From NCBI GenBank assembly GCA_965238275.1, contig OZ250186.1:1440001-1504000 (forward strand): DNA of 64,000 nucleotides, in the 5' to 3' direction. The position numbers and the translations under genes were made by a program. Source of the DNA: Nitrosopumilus sp. Its GTDB lineage: Archaea; Thermoproteota; Nitrososphaeria; Nitrososphaerales; Nitrosopumilaceae. Every line of letters begins with the position of its first letter. The first letter of the stretch is position 1. A model generated the notes under the pieces. It was not told the DNA's origin and did not search any database. It saw only the letters and a program-made list of their open reading frames with translations. Shown one piece after another: positions 1-10,304 of this stretch.

Positions 1-924
1 CAGAAAAAGTCAGTACAGAGACAGGAGACTGAAAACGACTTTGAGGATCTCGTGATGAAGGAGAAGCCTGACGTATCCTGGAAGCAGGTGATAGGGCTGG
101 AGGATGCAAAAAGTGCACTGCGCGAGTCCATCGTATACCCTACCAAGAGGCCCGATCTGTTCCCTCTTGGATGGCCCAAGGGCATGCTGCTTTACGGACC
201 TCCGGGGACGGGAAAGACCATGCTGGCAGCTGCGACTGCAAACGAGATGGACGGCTACTTTATCAACGTGGATGCCTCCTCTATGATGAGCAAGTGGCTG
301 GGCGAGGCAGAAAAGAACGTCTCAAAACTCTTTAACATGGCAAGGCACTATGCCGAAAAGAAGGGCAAGCCTGTCATCCTGTTTGTAGACGAGGTGGACT
401 CTTTGCTAGGATCAAGAAACAGCGAGGTTGGCGGGGAGGTAAGAACCAAGAACCAGTTCCTGACCGAGATGGACGGCGTCAACGGGAAGGGAAAGAATCT
501 GATGCTGTATGTGATTGGCGCCACAAACAAGCCATGGAGCCTCGACTGGCCGTTTTTGAGGAGATTCCAAAAGAGGATCTACGTGTCACTTCCCACACAC
601 GAGGCAAGAAAGATGCTCTTCGAGCAGTACACTGCCCCGCTGAAAAAGAACATAGATGTGCGTCCTGGCGATCTCTCAAAACTCTTTGACGGATACAGCG
701 CAAGCGACATCAAGGATGTCTGCCAGTCTGCGCAGATAAAGACGGTGCATGAGATATTCAACGCCCCTGACTACCACGAACCCACAGACGGGGAAGACCC
801 GGTTCAGCCTAGGGCTCTGACCACTGCCGACTTTAGGGAGATAATGGGAAGAAGAAAACCCAGCGTCTCAGTAGAGATGATTCGGGCATACCACAAGTGG
901 AGCGAAGAGTTCCAGGCGCTGTAG
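1..924 (+). CDS. cdvC: Vps4-like AAA+ ATPase (CdvC), 5'-truncated by window edge
   Basis: Frame open from base 1; Walker A GPPGTGKT, Walker [18 protein letters not shown] pore loop, ATNKPW, RRFQKR, Vps4-type C-terminus. Confidence 0.85.
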   Translation, partial: QKKSVQRQETENDFEDLVMKEKPDVSWKQVIGLEDAKSALRESIVYPTKRPDLFPLGWPKGMLLYGPPGTGKTMLAAATANEMDGYFINVDASSMMSKWLGEAEKNVSKLFNMARHYAEKKGKPVILFVDEVDSLLGSRNSEVGGEVRTKNQFLTEMDGVNGKGKNLMLYVIGATNKPWSLDWPFLRRFQKRIYVSLPTHEARKMLFEQYTAPLKKNIDVRPGDLSKLFDGYSASDIKDVCQSAQIKTVHEIFNAPDYHEPTDGEDPVQPRALTTADFREIMGRRKPSVSVEMIRAYHKWSEEFQAL

Positions 925-1295
925 GCGCGCCTGCATGGGAATATACTGCATGCCTGGTTCAACGTCGAGATTTTCCCAGACACAAAGGTGGCAAACGGAG
1001 AATGACTTTAGAATTCCGCTTGGAGATACCATAGACAGGTATGTGGCATTTGGCGACTCCGTTCAAGGGGCCTGATTCTGCTCATGCCCCAAATTACACG
1101 ACAGGGAAACTTTGAATCTGTAACAGACGCATGGAAGATGTTTCTATACCTGAAAAAGTTTCTTTGAAACGTGTACCCGAGAGAAATAAATACTTCTTAA
1201 ATGGCAATCCAGAAACAAATTAGTTCAAATATTACTAGATATGATGCCAGTTTGGAAATAATGTTATATATGTTGGTGCGTACGCTACAACAGCA

Positions 1296-1661
1296 ATGCC
1301 GTCTCAGAGGACAGTTTTTTATTCAAAGATGTTCAATGAAGTCGTCTCTCTGAATGACCACATACGTACTGTTGCAGTAATCAATCTGTTCGGGGATCTG
1401 GTCTACCAGAATGCGCACAAATCCGTAGGGGCTACCAGTAGCAAAACTCGGGAGCAGTTCAGACGGCTGTCCTCATCCATCAGCATGCTAACCTTTGAGG
1501 GCATAAAATTCATTCTGATGGAGCAGAACGACATAAAGACCATCCTCATCAATGCCGCTGAGACCAGCATCCTGATAGGAATGGATGAAAAGACGGTCTG
1601 GAAGGACGTCCTGAATGTTCTGAGCTATTTCTCGGACTTGCATCTTCCTAATCATAGTTAA
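1296..1661 (+). CDS. Small roadblock/profilin-like thaumarchaeal protein (DUF6659-like)
   Basis: 121 aa; 'EVVSLNDHIRTVAVINLFGDLV' resembles the ORF at 41217-41594; TATA-like TTATATA about 30 nt upstream. Confidence 0.5.
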   Translation: MPSQRTVFYSKMFNEVVSLNDHIRTVAVINLFGDLVYQNAHKSVGATSSKTREQFRRLSSSISMLTFEGIKFILMEQNDIKTILINAAETSILIGMDEKTVWKDVLNVLSYFSDLHLPNHS

Positions 1662-1685
1662 ATAATATACATCAGTGTATGTGCT

Positions 1686-2567
1686 ATGATTACCGAAGAG
1701 GGGATAGCTGAACAGATTGATGTCCGAAGCATATGCTGCACACTACTGCCTGTCAGGACTGAGGGTTTGTCTTCAAAACAGAACCAGTCGATGCGGGAGC
1801 TTGTCCTGAGCATCAAGGAATACGGGCTTATTCAGCCGGTAACAGTCAGGCCGGTGAATTCCAGTTTTGAAGTTGTGGCCGGGCACAGAAGATTGCGGGC
1901 ATGCAAGATTCTTCGATGGAAAAAAATCCCATGTATAATACGAATACTGTCTGACAAGGTCGCGTTTGAGATTCAGTTGGTGGAGAACATACAGCGGGAG
2001 AGGCTAGATCCCATCGAAGAGGCAGAATCGTTTAAAAAATACATTCTGGATTACGGCTGGGGCGGAGTCAGCCACTTGGCCAAGGTCATCTCAAAAAGCG
2101 AACAGTACGTCTCCAGCAGAATTCAGATGCTCCGGCTGCCCAAAGAGATCATAGTCGAGATCTCGCAAAGGAACCTGAGCCTCTCTCATGCGATGGAACT
2201 AGTCAATCTGGACGAGGAAGATCAGAAGATTATGAAGGATGCGATCATCAGCGAGGGTCTGACTGTACGAGACGTCAGGGACATGGCCGGCTCTAAAAAA
2301 TACCGACAGAGCCAGGAACCGCCTGATTGTGCGACATCTCCTGCAAACAAGGCAATCGCAAAAAAGATAAAACTGTTCAAAAAATCCCTGATTGTTTTTA
2401 GAATGTCACTGGCAAATATAGATGGCCTTATTGACGAGGCAAACACTACCCTGAGCAATAAGGAAAGAGTCAATCTTGTAAGCGCCCTGATGACGTACAG
2501 GATTCAAATCCATTCCATGATTGACGAATGCCTCAAATCATCTAATGAGCTAAAAAGAAAACTGTAA
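1686..2567 (+). CDS. ParB/RepB/Spo0J family protein
   Basis: SIKEYGLIQPVTVR, VVAGHRRLRA, ENIQRERLDPIEEA, followed by HTH. Confidence 0.9.
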   Translation: MITEEGIAEQIDVRSICCTLLPVRTEGLSSKQNQSMRELVLSIKEYGLIQPVTVRPVNSSFEVVAGHRRLRACKILRWKKIPCIIRILSDKVAFEIQLVENIQRERLDPIEEAESFKKYILDYGWGGVSHLAKVISKSEQYVSSRIQMLRLPKEIIVEISQRNLSLSHAMELVNLDEEDQKIMKDAIISEGLTVRDVRDMAGSKKYRQSQEPPDCATSPANKAIAKKIKLFKKSLIVFRMSLANIDGLIDEANTTLSNKERVNLVSALMTYRIQIHSMIDECLKSSNELKRKL

Positions 2568-2861
2568 TTTTGGTAACCAGTACGTGCAAGTGGCAAGTCC
2601 AAATGCCTCATGGTGCTACCACTCTTTCCTGAAGGACTGGCGCGGTGACAACCACGCGTTGTATCCAGATGGTGCTGCATGGTGAGGGCTTGGCCAGAAC
2701 CGTGTCTTTTGGATATTTATGGATGTACGACCTGATGGAACCTCTCTTCGGACTGCGTAAGGATGTCCAAAATCATACGGGCATCTCAATTTTAAAATGT
2801 AGATAACCGCGCTTCTGAACTAACTATTTTTAAGGAAAAAGGTTCTCATGTATCGTTAATC

Positions 2862-4655
2862 ATGAAAGATTTTTTTTCAAATCTGCGTCATGCGAAAAGT
2901 CTGGATTTTTTTGGATTCTGCTATCTGCAAAAATGGATAATCATAGGGGTGCTGATAGGAATTGTCGCAGGCTTTGGCTCCGTGGCGTTTTTTCTCATGC
3001 TTCAAGTTTCGACATTGTTTTTTCTAGGCTTTGGGGCAGGTTATGTCCCTCCAAATTTTGAGGTAATTAGCACATCATACACTACTGTTGCTGAGAGGCC
3101 GTGGATGATTCCCCTGATTACCGGGGGCGGCGGTCTTGTAGTGGGACTGCTCACAAGCAGGTTTGCTCCAGAGTCTGCCGGACACGGAACTGAGGCTGTA
3201 ATAGATGCCTTTCACAACAAAAAGGGAACGATCCGTTCCAGAATCCCGTTGTTGAAGACAATTACTGCCTCGATAACCATAGGCAGCGGCGGGAGCGGGG
3301 GGCGCGAGGGACCGGCCGCCCAAATTGCAGCTGGCTTTGGCTCAATCCTTGGCAGGCTGTTCAAGCTGCGCACCGAGGATCGAAGAATTGCAGTGGCAGC
3401 CGGGCTTGGGGCCGGAGTCGGAAGCATGTTCAAGGCTCCGCTGGGTGCGGCCATCTTGAGCACGGAGATTTTTTACCGCCGGGATTTTGAAGTCAAGGCC
3501 CTGCTTCCGGCACTGATTGCATCTGTGACCGGGTTTGTAATATTTGGCTCCGTTTTTGGATGGTCCCCAATTTTTCAAATATCTGAATCTGCCCCCGAAT
3601 TTAACCAGCCCCTGCATTTTTTACTGTATGCAGTCCTTGGGGTCTGCTGTGCGGGAACAGGCAAGCTGTATGTTTTTACTTTTTATAAAATTCAGCACAC
3701 CTTCCAAAAATGGAGCATTCCAAATTTCATTAAACCTGCCATAGGGGGGCTGCTGGTGGGAATCATTGGCATGTTTCTTCCCCAGATTCTGGGTGGGGGA
3801 TACGGGTGGCTGCAGATAGGAGTGTTTGATGACATAAGACTTTTCCCAATCTGGATTCTGCTGGCCATTTTGTTTCTTAAGATTCTGGCCACCTCCTTGA
3901 CAGTAGGATCCGGTGGGAGTGCGGGTGTTTTTGGACCCAGCCTGATAATAGGAGGGTTTGTAGGCGCCGTAGTGGGAGAGGTATTCCATTCCCTTTCCCT
4001 GTTTACAGACCTCCAAGTTTCGGCGATAGCCATTGTCGGCATGGTTGCATTCTTTGGGGCTGTCTCCAAGGCCCCAATCTCGACTATAATAATGGGGAGC
4101 GAAATGACGGGGAGCTATGTACTGCTGCCGGCCATGATTCTTGCCTCCGTAATCTCTTACGGCCTGATTGGCCTGAAGACCACCATATACCAAAGCCAGG
4201 TAAAGGACAGAAATGAATCCCCGGCACATATGCATGAATACCGTGCCCTGCTGAAGAAACTCTCAGTCAGAGATGCCGTGAACCCCGACTTTAGCAAGAT
4301 ACATCATGACAGAACTGCATACGAGGCATCTGATATTCTAAAAAACTCCAAATCTGCAGGCATCGTAATCGTCGATGCTGACAGCAGATACATCGGTTTT
4401 ATAGACTCCGACAGCCTGAGGAAACTGGACATACACGATACAAGCCTGTCAGAGATAATCTCTGCAGCCGGGGCCGTGCCAACCGTTGGAATCGAGGCCT
4501 CGCTGTACGATGCAATTAAGAAAATATCGGACTTGGAAACAATGGAACTGCCTGTCACAGACAAGAAGAATATTGTATTGGGAACAGTATCCGTGTCGAA
4601 TATCATGAATGCGTATGATCGGGGGGTTGCCGATCTAGAGGACGAGCAGGATTGA
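2862..4655 (+). CDS. ClC-family anion channel/antiporter with C-terminal CBS domains
   Basis: GHGTE (GSGIP position), GREGP, GVFGP motifs; many TM helices; CBS pair. Confidence 0.92.
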   Translation: MKDFFSNLRHAKSLDFFGFCYLQKWIIIGVLIGIVAGFGSVAFFLMLQVSTLFFLGFGAGYVPPNFEVISTSYTTVAERPWMIPLITGGGGLVVGLLTSRFAPESAGHGTEAVIDAFHNKKGTIRSRIPLLKTITASITIGSGGSGGREGPAAQIAAGFGSILGRLFKLRTEDRRIAVAAGLGAGVGSMFKAPLGAAILSTEIFYRRDFEVKALLPALIASVTGFVIFGSVFGWSPIFQISESAPEFNQPLHFLLYAVLGVCCAGTGKLYVFTFYKIQHTFQKWSIPNFIKPAIGGLLVGIIGMFLPQILGGGYGWLQIGVFDDIRLFPIWILLAILFLKILATSLTVGSGGSAGVFGPSLIIGGFVGAVVGEVFHSLSLFTDLQVSAIAIVGMVAFFGAVSKAPISTIIMGSEMTGSYVLLPAMILASVISYGLIGLKTTIYQSQVKDRNESPAHMHEYRALLKKLSVRDAVNPDFSKIHHDRTAYEASDILKNSKSAGIVIVDADSRYIGFIDSDSLRKLDIHDTSLSEIISAAGAVPTVGIEASLYDAIKKISDLETMELPVTDKKNIVLGTVSVSNIMNAYDRGVADLEDEQD

Positions 4656-4761
4656 TTTTTAAAACCGGCCATGCGTGCCAGAAGGCTTGCAGATTTTTCT
4701 GCGTCCGGAATAAAATCACGTCAGTCTCTTGACTGGATGTAAAAATAAAAAAGAGTGGGTG

Positions 4762-5319
4762 CTACTCTACGAATGCCTTGAAATTAAGCCACTTCCCATC
4801 CATGATGATCGTGACTCTTTCATTGATCTGTGGAGTCGCCTCTTGGAGAGTAATTTCCGGTAGGGTGTTGCCTTCTGAGCGTCTCAAGACGTGGTAGCTA
4901 AAGTCTATCGCGCTCATGATCCCGTCTGTTCCACGTCCTGGCGCGTCGCCTGGCAATGAGAACGTCGAGAAGAGCTCGGCAATAATCTCCCTCACAGGGT
5001 CTGCATAGTTTGCAAGCACCTCTATTAGCCTATAGTTGAAGGGATCATTTGGCATTGTCGTGAATTTCCTTACTGGTGGACGATCATATTCCGCTTTTTG
5101 TTCTGGCGACAGGCCGAGGGCATCACAAAGTGTTTGCCTATCAGCTGCGCTTGGGTAGTGCGTCCCGTTGATAAATCCGGCAACGAATACCGGATTTTTG
5201 CCTATCAGCGCTGCCAATGACGTAGTCCCCGGAGCCGTTCCGGTGTACGAAAGTCCTTTTTCTCTCATGGCCAGTTTTGCGGCCATTATTGTTTCATCTG
5301 ATACTTTGAAGTCAGTCAT
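4762..5319 (-). CDS. cynS: Cyanase (cyanate hydratase), divergent with loop insertions; ATG 5319 preferred over GTG 5334
   Basis: PNDPFNYRLIE (catalytic R/E), DGIMSAIDF (catalytic S), ERVTIIMDGKWL; N-terminal HTH-like domain. Confidence 0.9.
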   Translation of the reverse strand: MTDFKVSDETIMAAKLAMREKGLSYTGTAPGTTSLAALIGKNPVFVAGFINGTHYPSAADRQTLCDALGLSPEQKAEYDRPPVRKFTTMPNDPFNYRLIEVLANYADPVREIIAELFSTFSLPGDAPGRGTDGIMSAIDFSYHVLRRSEGNTLPEITLQEATPQINERVTIIMDGKWLNFKAFVE

Positions 5320-5637
5320 TATACGGATCATCACAAACAGCTTTCATATCTTTTCAGCTACCATGAATCTTTAAATATTGTTTTTTGCAGTCGCCTGTCG
5401 TACCACTGTCCGCGTAACCCTTGGGGCCCTGTTGATTCAATAATCCCGTATACCCGGTAGTGTTTAGGGAAATTTGATTACCTGATACCAGAAACCACAT
5501 AAATGACTGCATACCTGGCGTTAATTACGAATCAAGTCTAAGGTACTGGCTTGCAGGTGGCCACGCACACGGTTTTGTTCATGACTGATTTGAGCATTCT
5601 GCAGAGACGACTCGGTATGACATTCTGGCTGGAAAAA

Positions 5638-5661
5638 AAATTACCCGATGTCGGGTAATTT
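5638..5661. promoter_or_regulatory. Perfect 11-bp inverted repeat AAATTACCCGA-TG-TCGGGTAATTT, possible regulator site
   Basis: Palindrome in the divergent intergenic region between cynS and the 5735 ORF. Confidence 0.35.
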
Positions 5662-5734
5662 CAAAGCATGATTCATGCTCTCCTGACCATGTTTCCGAAA
5701 AAGCAATTAACCAGCATGATGCATTCCAAAACAG

Positions 5735-6709
5735 TTGATTGCTAATCAGTTTCTGTTACTGGCATCAGTCTTGTTCCTAATGCCGCTAACAACAGCCGAG
5801 GTTCTTGGAGATATAATTGTCAATGAAATCGAACTTGAACCGGTTGAGGGGGAGTCCCAATGGTTTGAGCTGCATAATCCAACCGACTTTCCGGCGTCCC
5901 TAGAAAACCTTGAGCTGCAAATCCATGATGGTGATGCCGCCCGGATCATTCTGATACCCTTTTCAGATGGCGATGCGCTTGGTTCGGGGGACTATCACGT
6001 GGTGTCCTTGGAAGATTTTATACAGTATCCTAGCAACCTACAAAACACTACTATTACATTGTTTGATGGAGTGAAGAGTCTAGATGTCATTGAGGGATTA
6101 GGCGACGGGCTTGCAAGTGACAAAAACTGGCAGCGGTTTCCTGATGGAACGGATTCTGGGACATTCGGGGACTGGACGTTTAGAGCAGCCACAGAGGGAC
6201 GAAGCAACGGCAACCTGGGCCAGGTAGTGGCAGAGTGCACCCTTGACCCGTTCTGCTGGGGATCACTGGATGTATTTTATCATAATGAGCACCATATCAC
6301 AGTAGACGATCGCGTATTTTTGGTTGAAACCTTTTATGACTCGGAAAAGACGGAGGCGGATTTTGTCCTTGAAGAAAAAAAGATCGTTATATCGCTGGAT
6401 TCTTCGAATTTTCCACGGTTGGGCGCAAGCTCGCCATTCGTACATGTGACAATTCCTGACGAACTTCTGAGCGGCTCGTACACCGTTTTTGCAGACGGCA
6501 AGCAAAAACCGTTCCATCTGGTGGTATCCAATCAGACAAACACCCGCCTGATCATCAATGACCTGGCAGATGAGAAACTCGTAGAGATTGTGGGTACGGA
6601 GGTGATCCCTGAGTTTCCAATGGGATCTTTGGCCATTGTCACAGTTTCAGTTCTTTCTGTGCTGATCTTTTATCGCTGCTGCGGCTCGAGATGTTTTTTA
6701 AAAGCATAA
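5735..6709 (+). CDS. Secreted lamin-tail-domain protein with PEF-CTERM-type sorting signal
   Basis: Signal peptide, IIVNEIEL..QWFELHNP, WQRFPDG, C-terminal VIPEFP plus TM helix. Confidence 0.75.
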   Translation: MIANQFLLLASVLFLMPLTTAEVLGDIIVNEIELEPVEGESQWFELHNPTDFPASLENLELQIHDGDAARIILIPFSDGDALGSGDYHVVSLEDFIQYPSNLQNTTITLFDGVKSLDVIEGLGDGLASDKNWQRFPDGTDSGTFGDWTFRAATEGRSNGNLGQVVAECTLDPFCWGSLDVFYHNEHHITVDDRVFLVETFYDSEKTEADFVLEEKKIVISLDSSNFPRLGASSPFVHVTIPDELLSGSYTVFADGKQKPFHLVVSNQTNTRLIINDLADEKLVEIVGTEVIPEFPMGSLAIVTVSVLSVLIFYRCCGSRCFLKA

Positions 6710-7187
6710 TCCGGACCTGAGTGTCCTGAGCATGGTATCCGTTTTCCGGACATCATCATGTCTTCCCCTGTCTGTCTGATTGCAGCTATTTGCCTTAGGG
6801 AACACCCGTATGCCTTACGAGGCGCTCACTGGATACACGCGATATGTAAAATTAAATTTGGTCGTTGAAATTCCCTGTACCGGACTATCCAAGACAACAT
6901 CAAACTACGTCAGGCATGCAGCTAGCGTGCGTCATGCGCAACGTCCCATTTGTCCACGGTGTCAAATATCCTGGAATTTTTGTTCTACCCATTAGACAGG
7001 CATCCATACCGTAATTCCCCAAGACGGTTTCCGGATTAAGCAATTATGGGAAATTTTAGCATGAATTTTTCATCGCTGGCATAAATGAATGGGAATGCCA
7101 TGTATTCATTTTGTCCGACGTATGGGTTCTATTATAAGTTAATCCAATAATCCAATGCTTATTTACTATAGAACAGTTGCTAAAGGA

Positions 7188-8513
7188 ATGAACATAGCTG
7201 ACGATATCGCAGATACATATAGTTCTTTGCCTAATCCTGAACCGCAAAATGCTACAATGACGCCTCTGTCTTCGAGTATGGGAGCATCTCCGTCCTCGAG
7301 TCCGGGGGCATCTCCACCCACGAATACAATGGCACCATCATCTGTAACAAATTCTGCCGGCTCTAGTCCGCCGGGAGATTCCGCATCCGCCGCATCGGCC
7401 ATTTCTGAGGAAGTGCCCCCACCGCCACGTATTATGGCCGGGTTATTTGGTATCCCGGACACAATAAAGACGCTAAGTAATATCGGAGTTGCCAAGACCA
7501 AGGTAAATCCCGCACAGGGAATTCTCATGGGCTGGCAATCAATGAGTTATCTTGCCTTTGCGGCGTTTTTCGCATGGATGATAATGTCTACAGTCGCACC
7601 CGATCTTTCTCCCGGACTTGGAAAATTCCTGATGTTCGGAGTGTTCGGTTTTGCAGCCTTGGCCCTTGTGGTTATCTACGGGTCCAATCTTGTAACCGGA
7701 GATTACATGACCTCGGGAATATCACTGATGACTGGTCAAGCTCAATGGCGAGAAGTGTTGTGGCAATGGACAATTACCCACTCGGGGCATTGGATAGCCG
7801 GATTCACAATCTCGTGGATGATAATTATTGGCGCAGACCAAGCGGGAGCCTCAGGCTCCGCACTGATGGAAATGCTGGCAGGCATTGGCAATACCAAAGT
7901 CAACGTACTTGAATGGGACCAATTATTCTACAGAGGCATCTTTGCCAATTGGATGATTGGCATGGGAGTATGGGGCGCGTTTAGAACCCAAGAAGTCATC
8001 GCCAAGATTCTCCTGATCGGAATCCCTGTATCAATATTCTTTGCTACAGGATTTGAGCACAGCATAGTAAACCACTTTGCTCTGTCCGCCGGAATCTGGG
8101 CTGGTGCAGAATATACATGGGGAGAAGCATGGCTCAAAAACCTCGTTCCAGTAACATTGGGCAATATTATCGGCGCGATGTTATTGCAGGGCATGGTGTA
8201 CTGGTATGCAGGCGGAATGCAGTCGTGGCTTGGACCTGACAAATGGAAGAAGCCACACGGAACATACAAAGACTTGGTAAGAGCAATCCGAGACACATGG
8301 TCTCTTATGATCTTCTTTGTTGCAATGGCACCCCTGATGGCCGGCCTGATATTTGTCTACGCCGTTGAACCTGCCCTGGGAGTACTTCCCGGGACAAACG
8401 ATCAGGGCTGGACAGTACCCATCGGGATCACAGTCTACTTCGTTGCCACTGCGCTGATTGTAAAGTGGGGCCTGATGCCAAGAAAACCGTGGTACAAGAT
8501 TCCAGCAACCTAG
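7188..8513 (+). CDS. Formate/nitrite transporter (FNT) family channel with N- and C-terminal extensions; ORF open from 7155, start uncertain
   Basis: GSNLVTGD, RGIFANWMI, GFEHSIVN, NLVPVTLGNIIG motifs. Confidence 0.88.
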   Translation: MNIADDIADTYSSLPNPEPQNATMTPLSSSMGASPSSSPGASPPTNTMAPSSVTNSAGSSPPGDSASAASAISEEVPPPPRIMAGLFGIPDTIKTLSNIGVAKTKVNPAQGILMGWQSMSYLAFAAFFAWMIMSTVAPDLSPGLGKFLMFGVFGFAALALVVIYGSNLVTGDYMTSGISLMTGQAQWREVLWQWTITHSGHWIAGFTISWMIIIGADQAGASGSALMEMLAGIGNTKVNVLEWDQLFYRGIFANWMIGMGVWGAFRTQEVIAKILLIGIPVSIFFATGFEHSIVNHFALSAGIWAGAEYTWGEAWLKNLVPVTLGNIIGAMLLQGMVYWYAGGMQSWLGPDKWKKPHGTYKDLVRAIRDTWSLMIFFVAMAPLMAGLIFVYAVEPALGVLPGTNDQGWTVPIGITVYFVATALIVKWGLMPRKPWYKIPAT

Positions 8514-8518
8514 CCCAC

Positions 8519-8531
8519 CCTTCTTTTTTTT
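8519..8531 (+). terminator. T-rich archaeal terminator after FNT gene
   Basis: CTTCTTTTTTTT just downstream of stop. Confidence 0.45.
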
Positions 8532-8626
8532 AAAACACATATTTTTCTATTAAGACGCCGTTGCAGACTGGAAAAACTGCAGCCTGAATTATTTCATGCC
8601 ATGGTTGGAAATATTTTGGTCATCAT

Positions 8627-9496
8627 CTATACCCACCAATTGGTTGATGCCTGGCCTGCCTTGCTCTCCATTACTTTTCGAAGGTTTTCATATTCATAAA
8701 TCGTAATCTCCCCTTTGGCAAGCCTGGTGTTGAGGATTTTCAGCGGCTCGTCAAGCGCAGACGAATGCACCGACTGGTACTTCTCTGCCCTCAAGTTTTG
8801 TGTGAGGTCTGGGGGCTTGATCTCCTCTGTTTTGACCCCGTCGCTTCTACAAACAGTCCTCCTTTTGCCTTGGTTTGTATCCAGCCTTGCGATGAATGGC
8901 TTTTGGTCTGTTGCCACATAGAAAATAGTCACGGATTTTTGGGGATCCTTTGAGAAGGTAATGTTGGATCCTTGAGAACCCGAGGCAAGGGCAGCACAGC
9001 CTAATTTTTCTACAACCAAGGACGGTTTTGACTCTACTGAGTCAAATTGGATGGCTATCTGGTTGTCTGAGTTCCTGTTGTCAAACTGGAATACGGACAG
9101 GTATGCATGTTCTGGCACGCCCGCATGCGTTGATGGTTCCAAAAAGAATCCCTTGATCATTGTTTTTTTTCTTTTAACGGATTTTTGCATGAATCCTCCT
9201 CCTGCTTCAAGGTATTCTTGTCTCGTGAACACGGAGCATCTCATAAACTCCATGATCTTATTCCCCTTGAGAACTATCGCTATCTCGTTTGGAAAATTCT
9301 TGGATAATCCGGGATTGTCAAACTGGGCGTTGTCCTCTCTGCCAAACCTATGGTCAGAAATTGTATAAATTTTCAGATCGTCTTGTATGATTGGCTCAGA
9401 CATGCAGTCGACAAAGCTTTGGCTCATCTTTACCGTGCCACTCCATAAGACATCAACATCCTCCTGCCTCTTCAAAATGTCATATTCCAATCCCAA
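8627..9496 (-). CDS. Hypothetical protein with C-terminal SHOCT domain
   Basis: EPLKILNTRLAKGEITIYEYENLRKVM matches SHOCT pattern. Confidence 0.7.
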   Translation of the reverse strand: MGLEYDILKRQEDVDVLWSGTVKMSQSFVDCMSEPIIQDDLKIYTISDHRFGREDNAQFDNPGLSKNFPNEIAIVLKGNKIMEFMRCSVFTRQEYLEAGGGFMQKSVKRKKTMIKGFFLEPSTHAGVPEHAYLSVFQFDNRNSDNQIAIQFDSVESKPSLVVEKLGCAALASGSQGSNITFSKDPQKSVTIFYVATDQKPFIARLDTNQGKRRTVCRSDGVKTEEIKPPDLTQNLRAEKYQSVHSSALDEPLKILNTRLAKGEITIYEYENLRKVMESKAGQASTNWWV

Positions 9497-9807
9497 AGAG
9501 GATACCCACGTTTAGTATTTAAAAAATTATTTTGCCGGTAAAATCGGTTTTAGTTCTGTATAGTAACACCCGGACAGGCCCAAACCCCTGCTACCAGGAT
9601 TTCTCGTTGTTGTCAGACACGCGTAAAACGTGCCAGGGCAGGCCGTGTGCGGCATCTGCATCCAACTGTGGCATTTTGATCATGGGTGACGGACACATGA
9701 TTCGTACTCCATGTTGTATTCCACAACCAAGCCCCGTTGGGATCCTGCGGGCCGCCCATATCGGGCCATCTGATTTTACGAATCACTGCTATGCGTGTTC
9801 TTTCAAT

Positions 9808-10008
9808 TCACAGTACCCAACCCAGCAGGAAGAAAATTACAGCTCCTATGACAAAAACAGCCCCGTAAATCTTCCAAAACTTTCCCGACGCTTTTTTCTT
9901 TTTTGGAATCTCTTTATCTGGACTATCTTTATCTGGACTACCTTTGTTTGGAATCTCCTTTTTACGTTTCATCCTCTTGACTCTATTCGGGAATGCATAA
10001 TGTTTCAT
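9808..10008 (-). CDS. Small membrane protein, basic N-terminus with 15-bp internal repeat
   Basis: 66 aa, single C-terminal TM, SPDKD-SPDKE repeat. Confidence 0.5.
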   Translation of the reverse strand: MKHYAFPNRVKRMKRKKEIPNKGSPDKDSPDKEIPKKKKASGKFWKIYGAVFVIGAVIFFLLGWVL

Positions 10009-10304
10009 TTAACTCTTATTTGCCATCCAATCAGCCTTGCCGTTCTGCCTAAAGTCATGTGAAACGATTGCCATGCCCTTCTCATAACTGTCCAGACGTG
10101 CCAGTCATGTGCGTTTTCTGGACGCACCTGAGAAGTAGCAACCAGACACGCTATGCGTGGAGCAAAAGCCAATGGCAAAGACGGCATGCAGCGGCAGTTG
10201 GGATCAAAGGCAATGCCATCTATTATTGCCAGCATGCTGCAAAATATAACCCTGACCGCAGTTGTAAAAATAAGAAAATTTGAGTTTTTCTTAACTCGGA
10301 TGTG

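Noticed and set aside
2570-2860. Fluoride riboswitch upstream of ClC
   Set aside because: No recognisable crcB-motif sequence, and the ClC lacks the fluoride-type GNNLI signature
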